Shown: in pieces, positions 21,301 through 30,761 of the stretch
Numbering within the stretch: position 1 is the first letter of the stretch
Layout: every line of letters begins with the position of its first letter
Source: a virus
Virus record (IMG/VR): IMGVR_UViG_3300042691_052885
Location: 2,255-66,254 of that record
Reading direction: 5' to 3' (one strand)
Length of the DNA stretch: 64,000 nt
The notes under the pieces: model-generated
Told to the model about the DNA's origin: nothing
Databases searched by the model: none
The model's input: the letters and a program-made list of their open reading frames with translations, nothing else
Made by a program: the position numbers and the translations under genes

Positions 21301-22291
21301 CTATAGTGTAATTGAAAACACCAATATCGGCAAAACACTTGCAAGCCGCGATATTATTTCCTTCCGTTACATTATTGATACATTTAATGGCGGTATTGCA
21401 CCTCAGATGGGTCCAAAATCAATCTTATCAAGATTGGCTAAAAACCGTCAAAAGTGTATGGCAATCTTGAATGCTCCATCAATTAAACAATTTGTTGAAA
21501 GCACAGATCCAAGATTTACTGAATTGCCAGATCCAAATGCTGGAATTCCAAAGCCAGTTCTTAATACTGATTATATTGCAACTGGTGGTAATTTGAGTCT
21601 TGGTCCAAGCTTCCGTTTTACTCTACCTGATGAAGATAACGGTGCTAAATTTATTGGTGTATTCTCACCAAACATTATTATCCGTGAAAATAACAAAAAT
21701 AAGAGCATTCCTCCAGCAGCTGACGTATCAAATAACTTTGTTCGTAAGTTTATCAATGGTCAACCATATTCAATTGTGGCTGGTCCAAGAAGAGGAGTTA
21801 TTTCTAATCCAAAATTTGCTGGTTTAGAGTATGAATTCTTATTGCAAGATCGTGAAAATCTTGAGCCAATCGGTATCAATCCAATTGTTACTGTAAAAGG
21901 TATCGGACCAATGATCTTCGCTAACCAAACCGCTTATCAAAAGACATTGTCTGCATTTAATAACTTACACGTTAGAGATTTGCTAATCACTATTGAAGAA
22001 GCAGTAGAAGATGTACTTGCACAGTATTTGTTTGAGTTCAACGACGCATCAACTCGTCTTGAAATCCGTACAATTGTTGAGAACTACCTTGACACTGTAA
22101 GAAATGCTGGCGGTGTTTATGACTTTGCTGTTATCATGGATGAAACTAACAATACTCCTGCAATCATTGACCAAAACTTTGGTATCATTGATATCGGACT
22201 TGAGCCAGCAAGAGGATTGCAAAAGTTCATCAACCGTGTAACAATATTGAAGACTGGTGCAATCTCTTCAGGTGGATTCAGCGCAGCATAA
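18368..22291 (+). CDS. Tail sheath protein (T4 gp18-like) with large internal insertion
   Basis: SGVYTIEFD N-terminus, AGPRRG, INPI, LHVRDLL, DETNNTPAIID C-terminus; late motif at 18326. Confidence 0.92.
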   Translation: MAKITLDLNKFKASGVYTIEFDASERIVVTTQTIRLVVGFSRIGPINAPVFLRDINTSRRIFGEIDTFLEKRGSFFHRALETCLSVGPVFALNLMPLKSKPINEGGDATNYRSFALAADEENGPVTRALVTSFYNQERFWFPDAEYVIATQDAKPVNRDYLMTVVNLSQAPLSVLVRKSTNARQYEIAAKDYYGLGNVPDFMNDNDFLSDFFLDLIIVEGDWTNLAVLSQDPNYSKYFDTRGIKADQLDAFLSLDNITLVGAFTGTIIPDFVDNNGSNQNLETIVNAAVGLTGTFIAINNAKIEDYANSLHKIDTIGNTLISTTDDTIDFLSYNTPIKSIVEFTGAEDLNPAGSIDVTTYQNLDNSTSNAFIKSYPFGGASGKFNNVLVLPKPEPGDTTFLPSQYQYILDNLSSNSLILTYGVDTLQTEKPSDYVKVENVIDTGTSIEIQLSTPLHTTTNYEDSFIFTGSATAVPSAANQIAVTDLTPKDDSNGAPHVPQQYDILLVEAPGFYKYYEVQSYVAGSNGGTVTVKDDVANTLSPQAPYYLSRYAGKGLSIDDYSSYVQPADIKVTLFAVDYTATADNYAVTGNATNINANNSVPSQGYNAPFQLSDTRISEISIAFTPTVTVNSFEGIGSLLNPGSVPINPGTGWDSIAATAYNVTQDLTESGPFYLKEINTAAFPSAGTNYVVLVDATGADVDWGAASWASGDTIKITMTQSGVSFTGILDVGLISIEGVDINKLQYIESYSNSKITKSANTGLLVNEDSVKYYSGNSTYNYLGIIKNWSKSATTGEKYIYSQVAYGIKGTKVVQYTDTTLSTRANLTYAELNNTYEDSIVYADGSGTTNDLAVYSSVAKNISSNVEIIGTLYGGGKKFQVSNANSLNLNVGDLIVDSSVTPKLTRVTQKVKKVNPATGAVTYEYTVLDVPAVDTVTNTITKFTPIQQFCDRLQFSLLNGYVLTDYHLPNNTDTQIDKIYSVIENTNIGKTLASRDIISFRYIIDTFNGGIAPQMGPKSILSRLAKNRQKCMAILNAPSIKQFVESTDPRFTELPDPNAGIPKPVLNTDYIATGGNLSLGPSFRFTLPDEDNGAKFIGVFSPNIIIRENNKNKSIPPAADVSNNFVRKFINGQPYSIVAGPRRGVISNPKFAGLEYEFLLQDRENLEPIGINPIVTVKGIGPMIFANQTAYQKTLSAFNNLHVRDLLITIEEAVEDVLAQYLFEFNDASTRLEIRTIVENYLDTVRNAGGVYDFAVIMDETNNTPAIIDQNFGIIDIGLEPARGLQKFINRVTILKTGAISSGGFSAA

Positions 22292-22325
22292 TAAATAGAG
22301 AAAGAAAAAATAAAAGCATAAAGCA

Positions 22326-22883
22326 ATGGCAGGTTTACCCCACTATAGAAATTCGCAAGCCTCGATGGCTAAATACGAACCGTTGTACCACGCACAGTTC
22401 GAAATCCTTCTTACCCCTCCACCCGCAGTTGGTGGATGGGATCTTGTTATGGAACAAGTACTAAAAGTTGATGGTATTGAAGTCAACAAGCTACCTGGTA
22501 CTATTGAACAAAAATACAAATCAGCAAAACGTTCTTTTGCGGGTGGTATGGTTGATGATACAACAGTAGAGGTTAAACTTGATTTTGAAGTCAACCTTGA
22601 TGATAACAACTCCGCTTACGTTTACAAGGCTCTTCGTAAATGGACCGATTTAATTTACGATCCTCAAACCGGTCGTATGGGTCTAAAGAGAGACTACACT
22701 GGTGGACCAATGATTATCAACTACTTTAATAAAGCTGGTGATATCTACCGTCAAGTAAGATTTGCTTCAGTATTCCCTGTAACTCCGCTTCCTCCAATTG
22801 GATCAGATTACAGCGATAATGAAATTTACCGCATTCAAGGTTTTACTCTTAGAGCAGACTACTGGGAAGAAACCATTCTTTAA
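22326..22883 (+). CDS. Tail tube protein (T4 gp19-like)
   Basis: Follows sheath; RKWTDLIYDPQTGRMGLKRDY, VFP, DYWEE. Confidence 0.85.
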   Translation: MAGLPHYRNSQASMAKYEPLYHAQFEILLTPPPAVGGWDLVMEQVLKVDGIEVNKLPGTIEQKYKSAKRSFAGGMVDDTTVEVKLDFEVNLDDNNSAYVYKALRKWTDLIYDPQTGRMGLKRDYTGGPMIINYFNKAGDIYRQVRFASVFPVTPLPPIGSDYSDNEIYRIQGFTLRADYWEETIL

Positions 22884-22917
22884 GAAATCATCTCTGGGTA
22901 TTCTATTACTCAGACCA

Positions 22918-22946
22918 AGAGGGAACCAAAAGTTCCCTCTTTTTTT
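22918..22946 (+). terminator. Rho-independent terminator
   Basis: AGAGGGAAC-caaaa-GTTCCCTCT then T run. Confidence 0.85.
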
Positions 22947-23002
22947 GTCAAAAAACTAAAACTTTTTCAAAGTTGGTTATATAGAATAACAAATCTATTT
23001 TT

Positions 23003-23959
23003 ATGAGTCAAGACTTACTACACAATTCAAACACAGAAGATGAAGCACGCCGTTTAGTAGAACAGGCCGAATCTTCAATGGCTCCCGAGCCCGCAATTAC
23101 CAGTCTTGGTAAAGCGCAAAAATTTATGCACCAGGAGGAATCGCCTCTTGCCGGAGATATTGGATGGAAAAATGTTCCATTACAAAATTTGCCTTCACAA
23201 GGATTCTTTTATCCAGAAGGAACCGAAATTACTATCAGATCTGCATCAGTTGCGGAAATTCGTCACTGGTCTACCATTGATGAAAACGATGCATTGGCAA
23301 TTGACGATATGTTAAATTTCGTTGTAGAAAAATGCTGCCGTATCCGTATGTCTGGTCGTCCTGCAAACTTTAAGGATTTGAAAGAAATTGATCGTTTCTA
23401 TCTTATTTTTGCAATCCGTGATTATACCTTTAAGAACGGAGAAAACAAATTGTTTACATCTGTTGAAAACGAAGATGGCACAGAAGAAAGAGTTGAAATT
23501 ACAAAAGACGTAATTAATTACTTCAATCCAGATGATACATTAATGAAGTACTACAATTCAGATAAGAAATGCTTTGTATTTCAAATGAAATCCGGAGATG
23601 TATTTGAATTACACTTTCCAAGCCTTGGTGTTATGGCGTTTATTAAGTCTTATGCGAAAGCAAAGGCTCAAAAAAATCAGCAGTTTGATAAAGCATTTTT
23701 GAAATATGCTCCGTTTTTGCTTGCTGAATGGCGAGGCTTAACTGAAAGAGAATATGACAGAGCTCTACAAGAATCTGTTACCTGGTCCATTCAAAAAATC
23801 TCGTTGATGGATAAGATTACCAATATGCTGGCGAGTTCAATCAACCCCGAAGTTCGCTACATGAAGGCAAGTGGCGAGGAGGGCACTATACCGCTTTCCT
23901 TTCGAGGAGGGATTAAGTCTCTTTTCCTTATTCCAGATATCCTTGACGAATTGGTCTGA
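23003..23959 (+). CDS. Baseplate hub / tail assembly chaperone (gp26/gp51-like)
   Basis: LPSQGFFYP, IDRFYLIFAIR motifs; lies between tube and tape measure. Confidence 0.75.
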   Translation: MSQDLLHNSNTEDEARRLVEQAESSMAPEPAITSLGKAQKFMHQEESPLAGDIGWKNVPLQNLPSQGFFYPEGTEITIRSASVAEIRHWSTIDENDALAIDDMLNFVVEKCCRIRMSGRPANFKDLKEIDRFYLIFAIRDYTFKNGENKLFTSVENEDGTEERVEITKDVINYFNPDDTLMKYYNSDKKCFVFQMKSGDVFELHFPSLGVMAFIKSYAKAKAQKNQQFDKAFLKYAPFLLAEWRGLTEREYDRALQESVTWSIQKISLMDKITNMLASSINPEVRYMKASGEEGTIPLSFRGGIKSLFLIPDILDELV

Positions 23960-24197
23960 GATTGAGTATTATTTGCTTAAGCAACTAAAACTACAACCTA
24001 GTGAATTGGACCGTCTTGAATTTTGGAGAGCGGAAACCTTAATTGAAATTCATAAGGATAAGACAGAAGAGGAAAACCGAAGAAGGAAAAAGGAAAATGA
24101 GCAGCAGGGCGCGTCGGTACCAAGTATGGGATCCTTTATGAATCAACAACAGAGCATGTACAAAAATTTAAGTAGTGGCTTAAAAATGCCAAAGTAA
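23919..24197 (+). CDS. Frameshift-accessed C-terminal chaperone segment (GT-like)
   Basis: No ATG near start; LQPSELDRLEFWR motif typical of GT C-termini; overlaps the end of the upstream ORF. Confidence 0.65.
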   Translation, partial: LFSLFQISLTNWSEIEYYLLKQLKLQPSELDRLEFWRAETLIEIHKDKTEEENRRRKKENEQQGASVPSMGSFMNQQQSMYKNLSSGLKMPK

Positions 24198-24229
24198 AGC
24201 TTGGGGAACTCCCAAGCTTTTTCTTTTTT
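24196..24229 (+). terminator. Rho-independent terminator followed by late promoter
   Basis: AAAGCTTGGG-gaact-CCCAAGCTTT + T-rich tail; GATATATAG at 24230. Confidence 0.85.
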
Positions 24230-24256
24230 GATATATAGAAAAAGTCTCGTTAATAC

Positions 24257-27200
24257 ATGGCAGCAAGAGATACCGCTCTTCTCGGTGAAATCCTTAGTAC
24301 GCAAAAAGCAATTCTTGCTAAGCTCAATGAAATGGGCCGGGAAAAGGAAGATGAGAAAAAAGCTGGAGCGCCTGGCTCGCCAAATGTTCCAGGTGCACCA
24401 AATACACAGATTCAAAATGGGGGTGGCGTTGGCGGTTTTAACGAAATGCTTGCTGAGCTTAAGAGTCTGAATGAAACAAATAAAGAGCAGCTCACAGTAT
24501 TAAAAAGTATTGACAAAAAAATTGCAGGCGGATCTGGTACTGGTGGCGGCATAAAGGTTGATAATACCATAGGAGAAAAACTAGAATCAATTGGCGGCGG
24601 TATGGTATCGTTGGCAGTTGGCATGGTTGCCTTAGTTGGCGGATTGCTGTTTACTCTTTTGTTGGTTCCAGCCGCGCCATTTCTTTTAATCTCCTTGACG
24701 GTATTAGCGCTATCAATAAAAGTGCTGACCTCAATATATGAAAAGTTAGGAGGCGAAGAATTTGCACAGACAATAGTAAACGGAAAGAAGGCCTTGTTTG
24801 GCATGGCAACTGGCATAGGAATGTTTACGCTTTCCATTGTGTTGTCTTCACTTGCACTTGAATTAGTAAGTGGTGGTCAGTTAGCCGTTCTTGGATTAAC
24901 GATGGTTGGTTTTGCTGGTCTGTTTTTCTTATTAGGAAAAGGCGGCGAAACTATTCAAAAAGGAGCAAAGGCAGCCGCATGGATGGGAATTGGAATGGCT
25001 TCAATTGCTCTTGGTATAGTTTCCCTTGCAATTGGTATCAGAGCAGCCGGCGAAATACTAACGGGCAACGGGGCAAACGCATTAGTTGGCGGTCTTGCTG
25101 CTATTGGTATAGTATCGGTATCAGCAATTGTTTTTGGGATAATCGGCCTTGCTGGAAATACTATACGAGAAGGCGCAATGACGGTGGGTGTTATGGGTCT
25201 TGGACTTGCTGCATTTGGTCTTGGACTTGCGGTTTATCTTACACAAATTGCTGGAATTCTTGGTGTTGGCGGCGGCGGAATTGCAGGCGGTACAAAAATA
25301 TCTGGAGGATTCTTTGAAACCGTAGGATCCATGTTAGTTGGTCTTGGCGTAATTGCAGTAGGTGCAGTAACCCTTGCCTTATACGGAACTATATTTGCTC
25401 TTGCCGGGCAGGCTGAATTAGGAATACCCGAAGCCATTTTGATGGGATCAATATCAATGGCAGCGGCTTCTCTGTCTCTTATAGTTTTTGGGTTTGGACT
25501 TGATTACTATTTAGGTGTGGTTGCTAAACATGCCGGAGTATCTGGCGAAGGTAAAGAAATGTCAATTACCGCGGAATCTTTTGTTAGCGGTGGAGTTGTA
25601 ATGGCTGGAGGCTTAGGTCTTCTTTTAGGCGTTGGTAGTTTGTTTGCGCTAGCAGGTACGGTATCTCCGCTTATTATTTTAGGAGCAGCTGCAATCGGTG
25701 CTACTGGAGTGGCAATACTTTCATTAGGATTTGGCATTAATAAGTTTATGGAACTGGTGCCGCCTGGCTCAAATATAGGAGAAGAGCTGGAAACAAATCT
25801 TGTAACTATACGGGATGCCATGCTGGCATTTGTAGGTCAAGAGGATATTAATAGTGGTGGAGTTGTTGGCGCGTTCAAAGGGCTTCTTAAAGGGGCAGCA
25901 ACTGGTGGCGCATTAGCTTTCGCTATATTAAATGCCATGATGTTAGGCCCGGCACTTAGCAGTATTGCTTCGGGTATTGGATCATGGGCAAATCTTCAGA
26001 ACATTCCAAAAATTAAAGGTTATGACGATAAAGGTCAACCGATATATGATACTACACAAACTGCAAATGTTGATCAGGCATTAAAGAATATAACTGAGTA
26101 CTTACCAAAAATAATGCAGCCGTTTGTGGATTTGTCAAATACCGCAAATCTGCAACAGGAAGAAAGCCTGCTTTCAATGATGACTGGAATTAATTTCGGT
26201 ACATCACCGTTTAATCGAGGTATACGCGCTGCGGCTGGTATTGGTGAAACCTTAAGTTCAATTGCTCAAGGTTTAAGCGTATTTTCAAATCTTACGCAAG
26301 CCCCAAAAATAATAGGTTACGACGACAGAGGTCAGCCTATTTTTGATAAAGGCCAGACTGTTAATATGCTGGATGCAACCAAGAATCTATTTGATATTCT
26401 TAGTGTTGATGGTCCAGGCAGTGTAATTGCTCCGTTTGTAAATTTATCAAAAGAGGCAGGACTACAAGAAGGTGGTTCTTGGCTGAAAATGATAATAGGC
26501 ACAGATTTTGGTTCTTCTCCTTTTGAACGCGGTATAACTATCAGTGGAAAAATTGGAGCAACCTTAAGTGCAATTGCAAAAGGTGTAGGTGTATTTGCAA
26601 ATTTAACGCAAGCTCCACTAATTACTGGGTATGACGAAAACGGGCAACCTATTTTTGGTGGAACCATTAATGCATTAGATGCAATCGGCAATTTAGGAAA
26701 GATTCTTGGTACAACCGGTGAAGGTAGTTTGGTTGCTCCGTTTATTGCTCTTGGGCAAAACGCTGCACTCGATGAACCGTTTTCGCTTGGCGGATACATG
26801 ATGAAAATGATGTACGGTGTTTCCACTGGTGAATCCGATTTTGATAAAGGTTTGCGAGTTGCGCTATCAATGGGAGAAGTGGTATCAAATTTTGGAGCGG
26901 GCTTAGGGCAGCTTGCAAATCTTGCCTCCATTCCAGTAATTAAAAGCTATGATAAACAAGGTCGTCCAGTTTACGGCGAACCAATAAACGGCCTATCTGC
27001 AATTTCCAATTTAGGAACTATAATGGGTCAGTTAATGCAAGAATTTGCAAAGGCGTCCAAAACCATTGGCCCATACGGGGATCCCGAATCAATGGAAGCA
27101 ATCGGTCCACTTGTTAGTGGAGTTCTTGGTGGAATTGTGGAATCACTAGATATTTTCTCCAATCCGGATAAGCTTAAGAAGATAAAAGGTTACGATGCAA

Positions 27201-28192
27201 ATGGCAAGCCAATCTATTATGAAGATCAGTTTGTAAGCGTCAATCAGGTAATAACAAATATGATTAATGTTATTACACGAATGGTAAAAGCTTTAGCAGA
27301 TCCTGCAATTGTAGACGCGTTAGATGAACTTGATCTTGCGGATGATGGAATGGAAATTGGACCGTTCTTAACGCAATTCATAGAGCCAATACAAAAATTA
27401 GTCGAAGTTGAAAAGACCGCTGGCAATACTCTTAATAACATTGGTTGGGGAATTGGTGAAGGCATTAAATACATTGCAATTGCTGCTAAATTTACCCAAG
27501 AAGCCAACATTCAAAGCAGCCTAAAAGATGTAGGTAAAGGACTTGGAGTATACGCTGAGAGTTTAGGTGAATTGGCAGAGGTTGCTACTGATATTAAAGA
27601 AAAGGAATTAGATCCATTTAAGTCAATTTATTCTACACTAGAAATAAATGTAAAAGATCCCAAGAAGAGAACTTATCTTGCACAGTTTACTGATGAAATT
27701 ACTCGTCTGTCCTGGACCGCTACCGCGTTTGAAAAGTTTGTAAACTCTTTTGGAAAAATGGCAAAGGACATGAAAATCTTTGCTGAAAACTTTAAGATTA
27801 TGGATTCCGACGCTATTAATGCGTTTAGCACCTGGACAGAATCTATTGTTACCTTAAGCACAGCAAACCCTGAAACGTTTTCCGCAAATGTTATCACTGC
27901 TAATAAAGCTATTAATGCCGGATTTGGAATGAATGATGGAAATACCGGTACGATGGAACCATCCGATGCTGTAACTGGAAATGTACCTGCCGCGCAAAAA
28001 ACGGCGGCAATTAAGGACGCTAATAATCCAAACGCGGCAGCAGCTCCTGGCGTAGCAAAGACAGAAAAACCTGGTACTATTGATTACGCAAAATTGCAGC
28101 AAGCGTTTCAAGCAGCTCTGGAAGCTGCAACTGTTGACGTTAAGGTATCATCCACTGATGCCGAAATAATAATAGGAAACAGAAGAAAATAA
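24257..28192 (+). CDS. Tape measure protein
   Basis: 1311 aa, Gly/Ala-rich with hydrophobic helices and internal repeats; canonical position after the chaperones. Confidence 0.75.
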   Translation: MAARDTALLGEILSTQKAILAKLNEMGREKEDEKKAGAPGSPNVPGAPNTQIQNGGGVGGFNEMLAELKSLNETNKEQLTVLKSIDKKIAGGSGTGGGIKVDNTIGEKLESIGGGMVSLAVGMVALVGGLLFTLLLVPAAPFLLISLTVLALSIKVLTSIYEKLGGEEFAQTIVNGKKALFGMATGIGMFTLSIVLSSLALELVSGGQLAVLGLTMVGFAGLFFLLGKGGETIQKGAKAAAWMGIGMASIALGIVSLAIGIRAAGEILTGNGANALVGGLAAIGIVSVSAIVFGIIGLAGNTIREGAMTVGVMGLGLAAFGLGLAVYLTQIAGILGVGGGGIAGGTKISGGFFETVGSMLVGLGVIAVGAVTLALYGTIFALAGQAELGIPEAILMGSISMAAASLSLIVFGFGLDYYLGVVAKHAGVSGEGKEMSITAESFVSGGVVMAGGLGLLLGVGSLFALAGTVSPLIILGAAAIGATGVAILSLGFGINKFMELVPPGSNIGEELETNLVTIRDAMLAFVGQEDINSGGVVGAFKGLLKGAATGGALAFAILNAMMLGPALSSIASGIGSWANLQNIPKIKGYDDKGQPIYDTTQTANVDQALKNITEYLPKIMQPFVDLSNTANLQQEESLLSMMTGINFGTSPFNRGIRAAAGIGETLSSIAQGLSVFSNLTQAPKIIGYDDRGQPIFDKGQTVNMLDATKNLFDILSVDGPGSVIAPFVNLSKEAGLQEGGSWLKMIIGTDFGSSPFERGITISGKIGATLSAIAKGVGVFANLTQAPLITGYDENGQPIFGGTINALDAIGNLGKILGTTGEGSLVAPFIALGQNAALDEPFSLGGYMMKMMYGVSTGESDFDKGLRVALSMGEVVSNFGAGLGQLANLASIPVIKSYDKQGRPVYGEPINGLSAISNLGTIMGQLMQEFAKASKTIGPYGDPESMEAIGPLVSGVLGGIVESLDIFSNPDKLKKIKGYDANGKPIYYEDQFVSVNQVITNMINVITRMVKALADPAIVDALDELDLADDGMEIGPFLTQFIEPIQKLVEVEKTAGNTLNNIGWGIGEGIKYIAIAAKFTQEANIQSSLKDVGKGLGVYAESLGELAEVATDIKEKELDPFKSIYSTLEINVKDPKKRTYLAQFTDEITRLSWTATAFEKFVNSFGKMAKDMKIFAENFKIMDSDAINAFSTWTESIVTLSTANPETFSANVITANKAINAGFGMNDGNTGTMEPSDAVTGNVPAAQKTAAIKDANNPNAAAAPGVAKTEKPGTIDYAKLQQAFQAALEAATVDVKVSSTDAEIIIGNRRK

Positions 28193-28212
28193 AGCAAATA
28201 TAAATAGAGTAT

Positions 28213-28527
28213 ATGTCACGATTTGCAAACTTTAAAGATTGGAAAACTGGAAAAAAAGTACAGGTGTCCGAAGAGGAAACAATTAAAAATGAAGAGCAGA
28301 TTCAGCCAAATTCTGAGCTGCTTGCTCTTATTGAAGATTTGGAGAAAAAAAGAAATGAAGCCTCTCGAGCTAATGATGGAATTGGAAGACAAATTCATGA
28401 TTTGGATATTCGAATTGCAAAACTTGAAATGCAAAAGAATGAAATGATTGCCAAGAAAAAAGAGTTAGAAGAAGCCAAAACTATTTCCGAAACTCGTAAA
28501 CGTGTACCCCGAACAAACCATGAGTAA
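28213..28527 (+). CDS. Hypothetical late coiled-coil protein
   Basis: Exact TATAAATA at 28199 upstream. Confidence 0.6.
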   Translation: MSRFANFKDWKTGKKVQVSEEETIKNEEQIQPNSELLALIEDLEKKRNEASRANDGIGRQIHDLDIRIAKLEMQKNEMIAKKKELEEAKTISETRKRVPRTNHE

Positions 28528-28720
28528 GAAAAAACACACAACCACATTTGAGGAGTTTGATAAGGCCAATACAGATAATTGGGCGCCTCCCGAGTATTTA
28601 GTTAAACCACAGCCAGGAGATAAAGGATTTGCAATAGTAAAGTCCGGGTTTAACAATATGACTAGTCATTTTAAGCCAGGAATTAAAGATGCCGGTTTGG
28701 ATCTTCCAGAGGATGAATAA
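28520..28720 (+). CDS. Hypothetical protein
   Basis: ATG overlaps previous gene end; TTFEEF N-terminal motif. Confidence 0.55.
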   Translation: MSKKKHTTTFEEFDKANTDNWAPPEYLVKPQPGDKGFAIVKSGFNNMTSHFKPGIKDAGLDLPEDE

Positions 28721-28725
28721 GAATA

Positions 28726-28826
28726 CATCTAGGCAATTTTAATCTTTTTGATAAGATAAACTATATCAAATGCCGTTAAGTACCTCTATGGTCACTAGAT
28801 GAACTAAGAATAGCTCCGTAGAGTAC
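28726..28826 (+). ncRNA. Candidate structured (pseudoknotted) intergenic RNA
   Basis: Helices GTACCTCTATGG/CCGTAGAGTAC, CATCTAG/CTAGATG (crossing), TTTGATA/TATCAAA, GGCA/TGCC. Confidence 0.4.
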
Positions 28827-28847
28827 AATTAAGTAATAAACAAAAAT

Positions 28848-29903
28848 ATGTCCTTTTTAAGCTTTACATCGTTTGTTAACCAAAAAATACCGGCAAGGAT
28901 CGGTTTTTTTGGCGATATTTTTTGTAACACTTCAAAAGCTCTTAAAACCGTTGCAGAAAAGGATCCTTTTCTTTTTATTAATGGATGGCTATCTACATTA
29001 AATTACAAAACAGTAAACCTTGAAACTACTTTAGGAAAGCAAACTACAAACTTTCCCAGGTTTTCAGCAGACGAGTCTTTTGCAAGCTTTATTAAAAAGC
29101 ATTTTGATTTAGTGTTTACTGCAAATAACCATTGTTTTGATTATGAATTACCTGGACTGTTAAACACAGTTGATGTTTTAGAAAAATACCGAATCCCGTA
29201 CTTGGGTACAAATAAGCCTACCAAGATTCAAAGGCAAATTAACATTAGTGTAAATGGGCATAAAATATCGTATTTGTGCTACACTGCTACTGTTAATGGA
29301 AAAATTATGGATAGCGGTCCATTTCAAAATTATACGCCTACCAGTAAAACCAAGAATTTAATTAGTTTTTATGATGAAGACCTGGTAAAATCTGATATTG
29401 AAAAGGCAAAAGAGTCTTCAGATATTGTTGTAATTGAAATGCATAAAAGAAAGGGCAGTGATGAAGATGAGCATTCTGATAACCCTACAGAAGAACGAAA
29501 AGTTTTTATAGAAGAACTGCTAGATTTTGGCGCAGACATTATAGTAGGCGGGCATCCACACGAATTTCAAGGAGGCAAGGTTTTTGCAGATGGAAAGGCA
29601 ATTACGTATTCTCTCGGAAGCATATTTAGTGACATGGGTCGAGATGAATACGATGCAGGATGCATTATGGTATTAAAGATTGACGCGTTTGAAAACCGCT
29701 CATATTCTTTTTTACCAACCGCAACTATTAATACAGATGATTTTGGCTTGGTGGTTCTTCCGCTTGCACAAATAGCGGAAGGCGTTTACAATTTTTTGCC
29801 AAATGATGTTACAAAAAAGTATTCGGAAAAACTGAAAAGCATGCGTTCAGTTCTGCAAAGAAATAATTTAGAAGAAGAAATCATTCCACAACATTTGTTG
29901 TAA
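28848..29903 (+). CDS. CapA/PGA_cap family metallophosphoesterase
   Basis: GD, NLET, ANNHCFDY, H, GADIIVGGHPH, YSLG motifs. Confidence 0.88.
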   Translation: MSFLSFTSFVNQKIPARIGFFGDIFCNTSKALKTVAEKDPFLFINGWLSTLNYKTVNLETTLGKQTTNFPRFSADESFASFIKKHFDLVFTANNHCFDYELPGLLNTVDVLEKYRIPYLGTNKPTKIQRQINISVNGHKISYLCYTATVNGKIMDSGPFQNYTPTSKTKNLISFYDEDLVKSDIEKAKESSDIVVIEMHKRKGSDEDEHSDNPTEERKVFIEELLDFGADIIVGGHPHEFQGGKVFADGKAITYSLGSIFSDMGRDEYDAGCIMVLKIDAFENRSYSFLPTATINTDDFGLVVLPLAQIAEGVYNFLPNDVTKKYSEKLKSMRSVLQRNNLEEEIIPQHLL

Positions 29904-29919
29904 TTTTGTATGTTTAGCA

Positions 29920-29945
29920 AAACTTTTTTCCTGTTTTGAATATAA
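29920..29945 (+). promoter_or_regulatory. Putative ECF-sigma promoter AAACT-N14-GAATATAA
   Basis: Same spacing at 29920, 30716, 32202 and 44103. Confidence 0.7.
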
Positions 29946-29950
29946 CATAT

Positions 29951-30184
29951 ATGGAAAACAACTTAAAACAGAAAATTGACTCTTTTAAGAAACAGGAGTC
30001 CGCAAAAACTATTTTTTATGCGTTAGCAGTAGTATGCATGGAATCATTCCTTGTATTCTGGGGCTGGAACACAATGGAAAACTCATTTGGTTTTACGCAT
30101 CTTTCATATCTTGATGTGTTATCAATTATGGTTGGCGTTCGTGCACTGTGTATGTTACTAATTGATCCATATACAACAAAATGA
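29951..30184 (+). CDS. Small membrane protein
   Basis: Two hydrophobic segments. Confidence 0.6.
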   Translation: MENNLKQKIDSFKKQESAKTIFYALAVVCMESFLVFWGWNTMENSFGFTHLSYLDVLSIMVGVRALCMLLIDPYTTK

Positions 30185-30735
30185 AAAAGAGAGTAATACT
30201 GGTAGGGCACGGAGCTTCAGGTAAAGATCACGCCCGTAAAATTTTGCAAAAGGTTCTTCGAATGCCTTATCAAGTTTCGTATACTACACGGCCGCCAAGA
30301 GAAGGTGAAGAAGATGGAAAGGACTATTTCTTTATTTCCGAAGAGCAGTTTAATAAGATGGCAGCATCGGATCAATGGTATGAGTATGTTACATTCAATG
30401 GATGGCATTACGGAACCACTAAAGAGCAGTTTTATACAGATGGCTCCGTGTTTATTATGACACCAACTGGGCTGTCCCATTTAACGCCAAAAGATCGAGC
30501 AGACTCCTTGGTGTTTTTCTTTAATATAGATGAAGAAATACGCAGAGAACGAATGAGCCAAAGAGTTGGTAACGCGGATTCGGTGGAAAGACGTTTGGAA
30601 GCAGATCGTAAAGATTTTCATAACTTTACGGATTGGGATGAACAAATAAAAAATCCTGGGTTTGAGTTGGCGGATGTTGCACATTCAATTAGAAAAAATG
30701 TTGTAATACCAATTGAAACTTTTTTTAACGCGTGA
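30181..30735 (+). CDS. gmk: Guanylate kinase-like protein
   Basis: GHGASGKD, SYTTRPPREGEEDGKDYFF, WHYGT. Confidence 0.88.
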   Translation: MKKRVILVGHGASGKDHARKILQKVLRMPYQVSYTTRPPREGEEDGKDYFFISEEQFNKMAASDQWYEYVTFNGWHYGTTKEQFYTDGSVFIMTPTGLSHLTPKDRADSLVFFFNIDEEIRRERMSQRVGNADSVERRLEADRKDFHNFTDWDEQIKNPGFELADVAHSIRKNVVIPIETFFNA

Positions 30736-30761
30736 ATATAAAGTAAAACAATAAAAGAAAA

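Noticed and set aside
28726-28826. HDV/theta or hammerhead ribozyme call
   Set aside because: No P3/L3 hairpin between the crossing helices and no CUGAUGA/GAAA core
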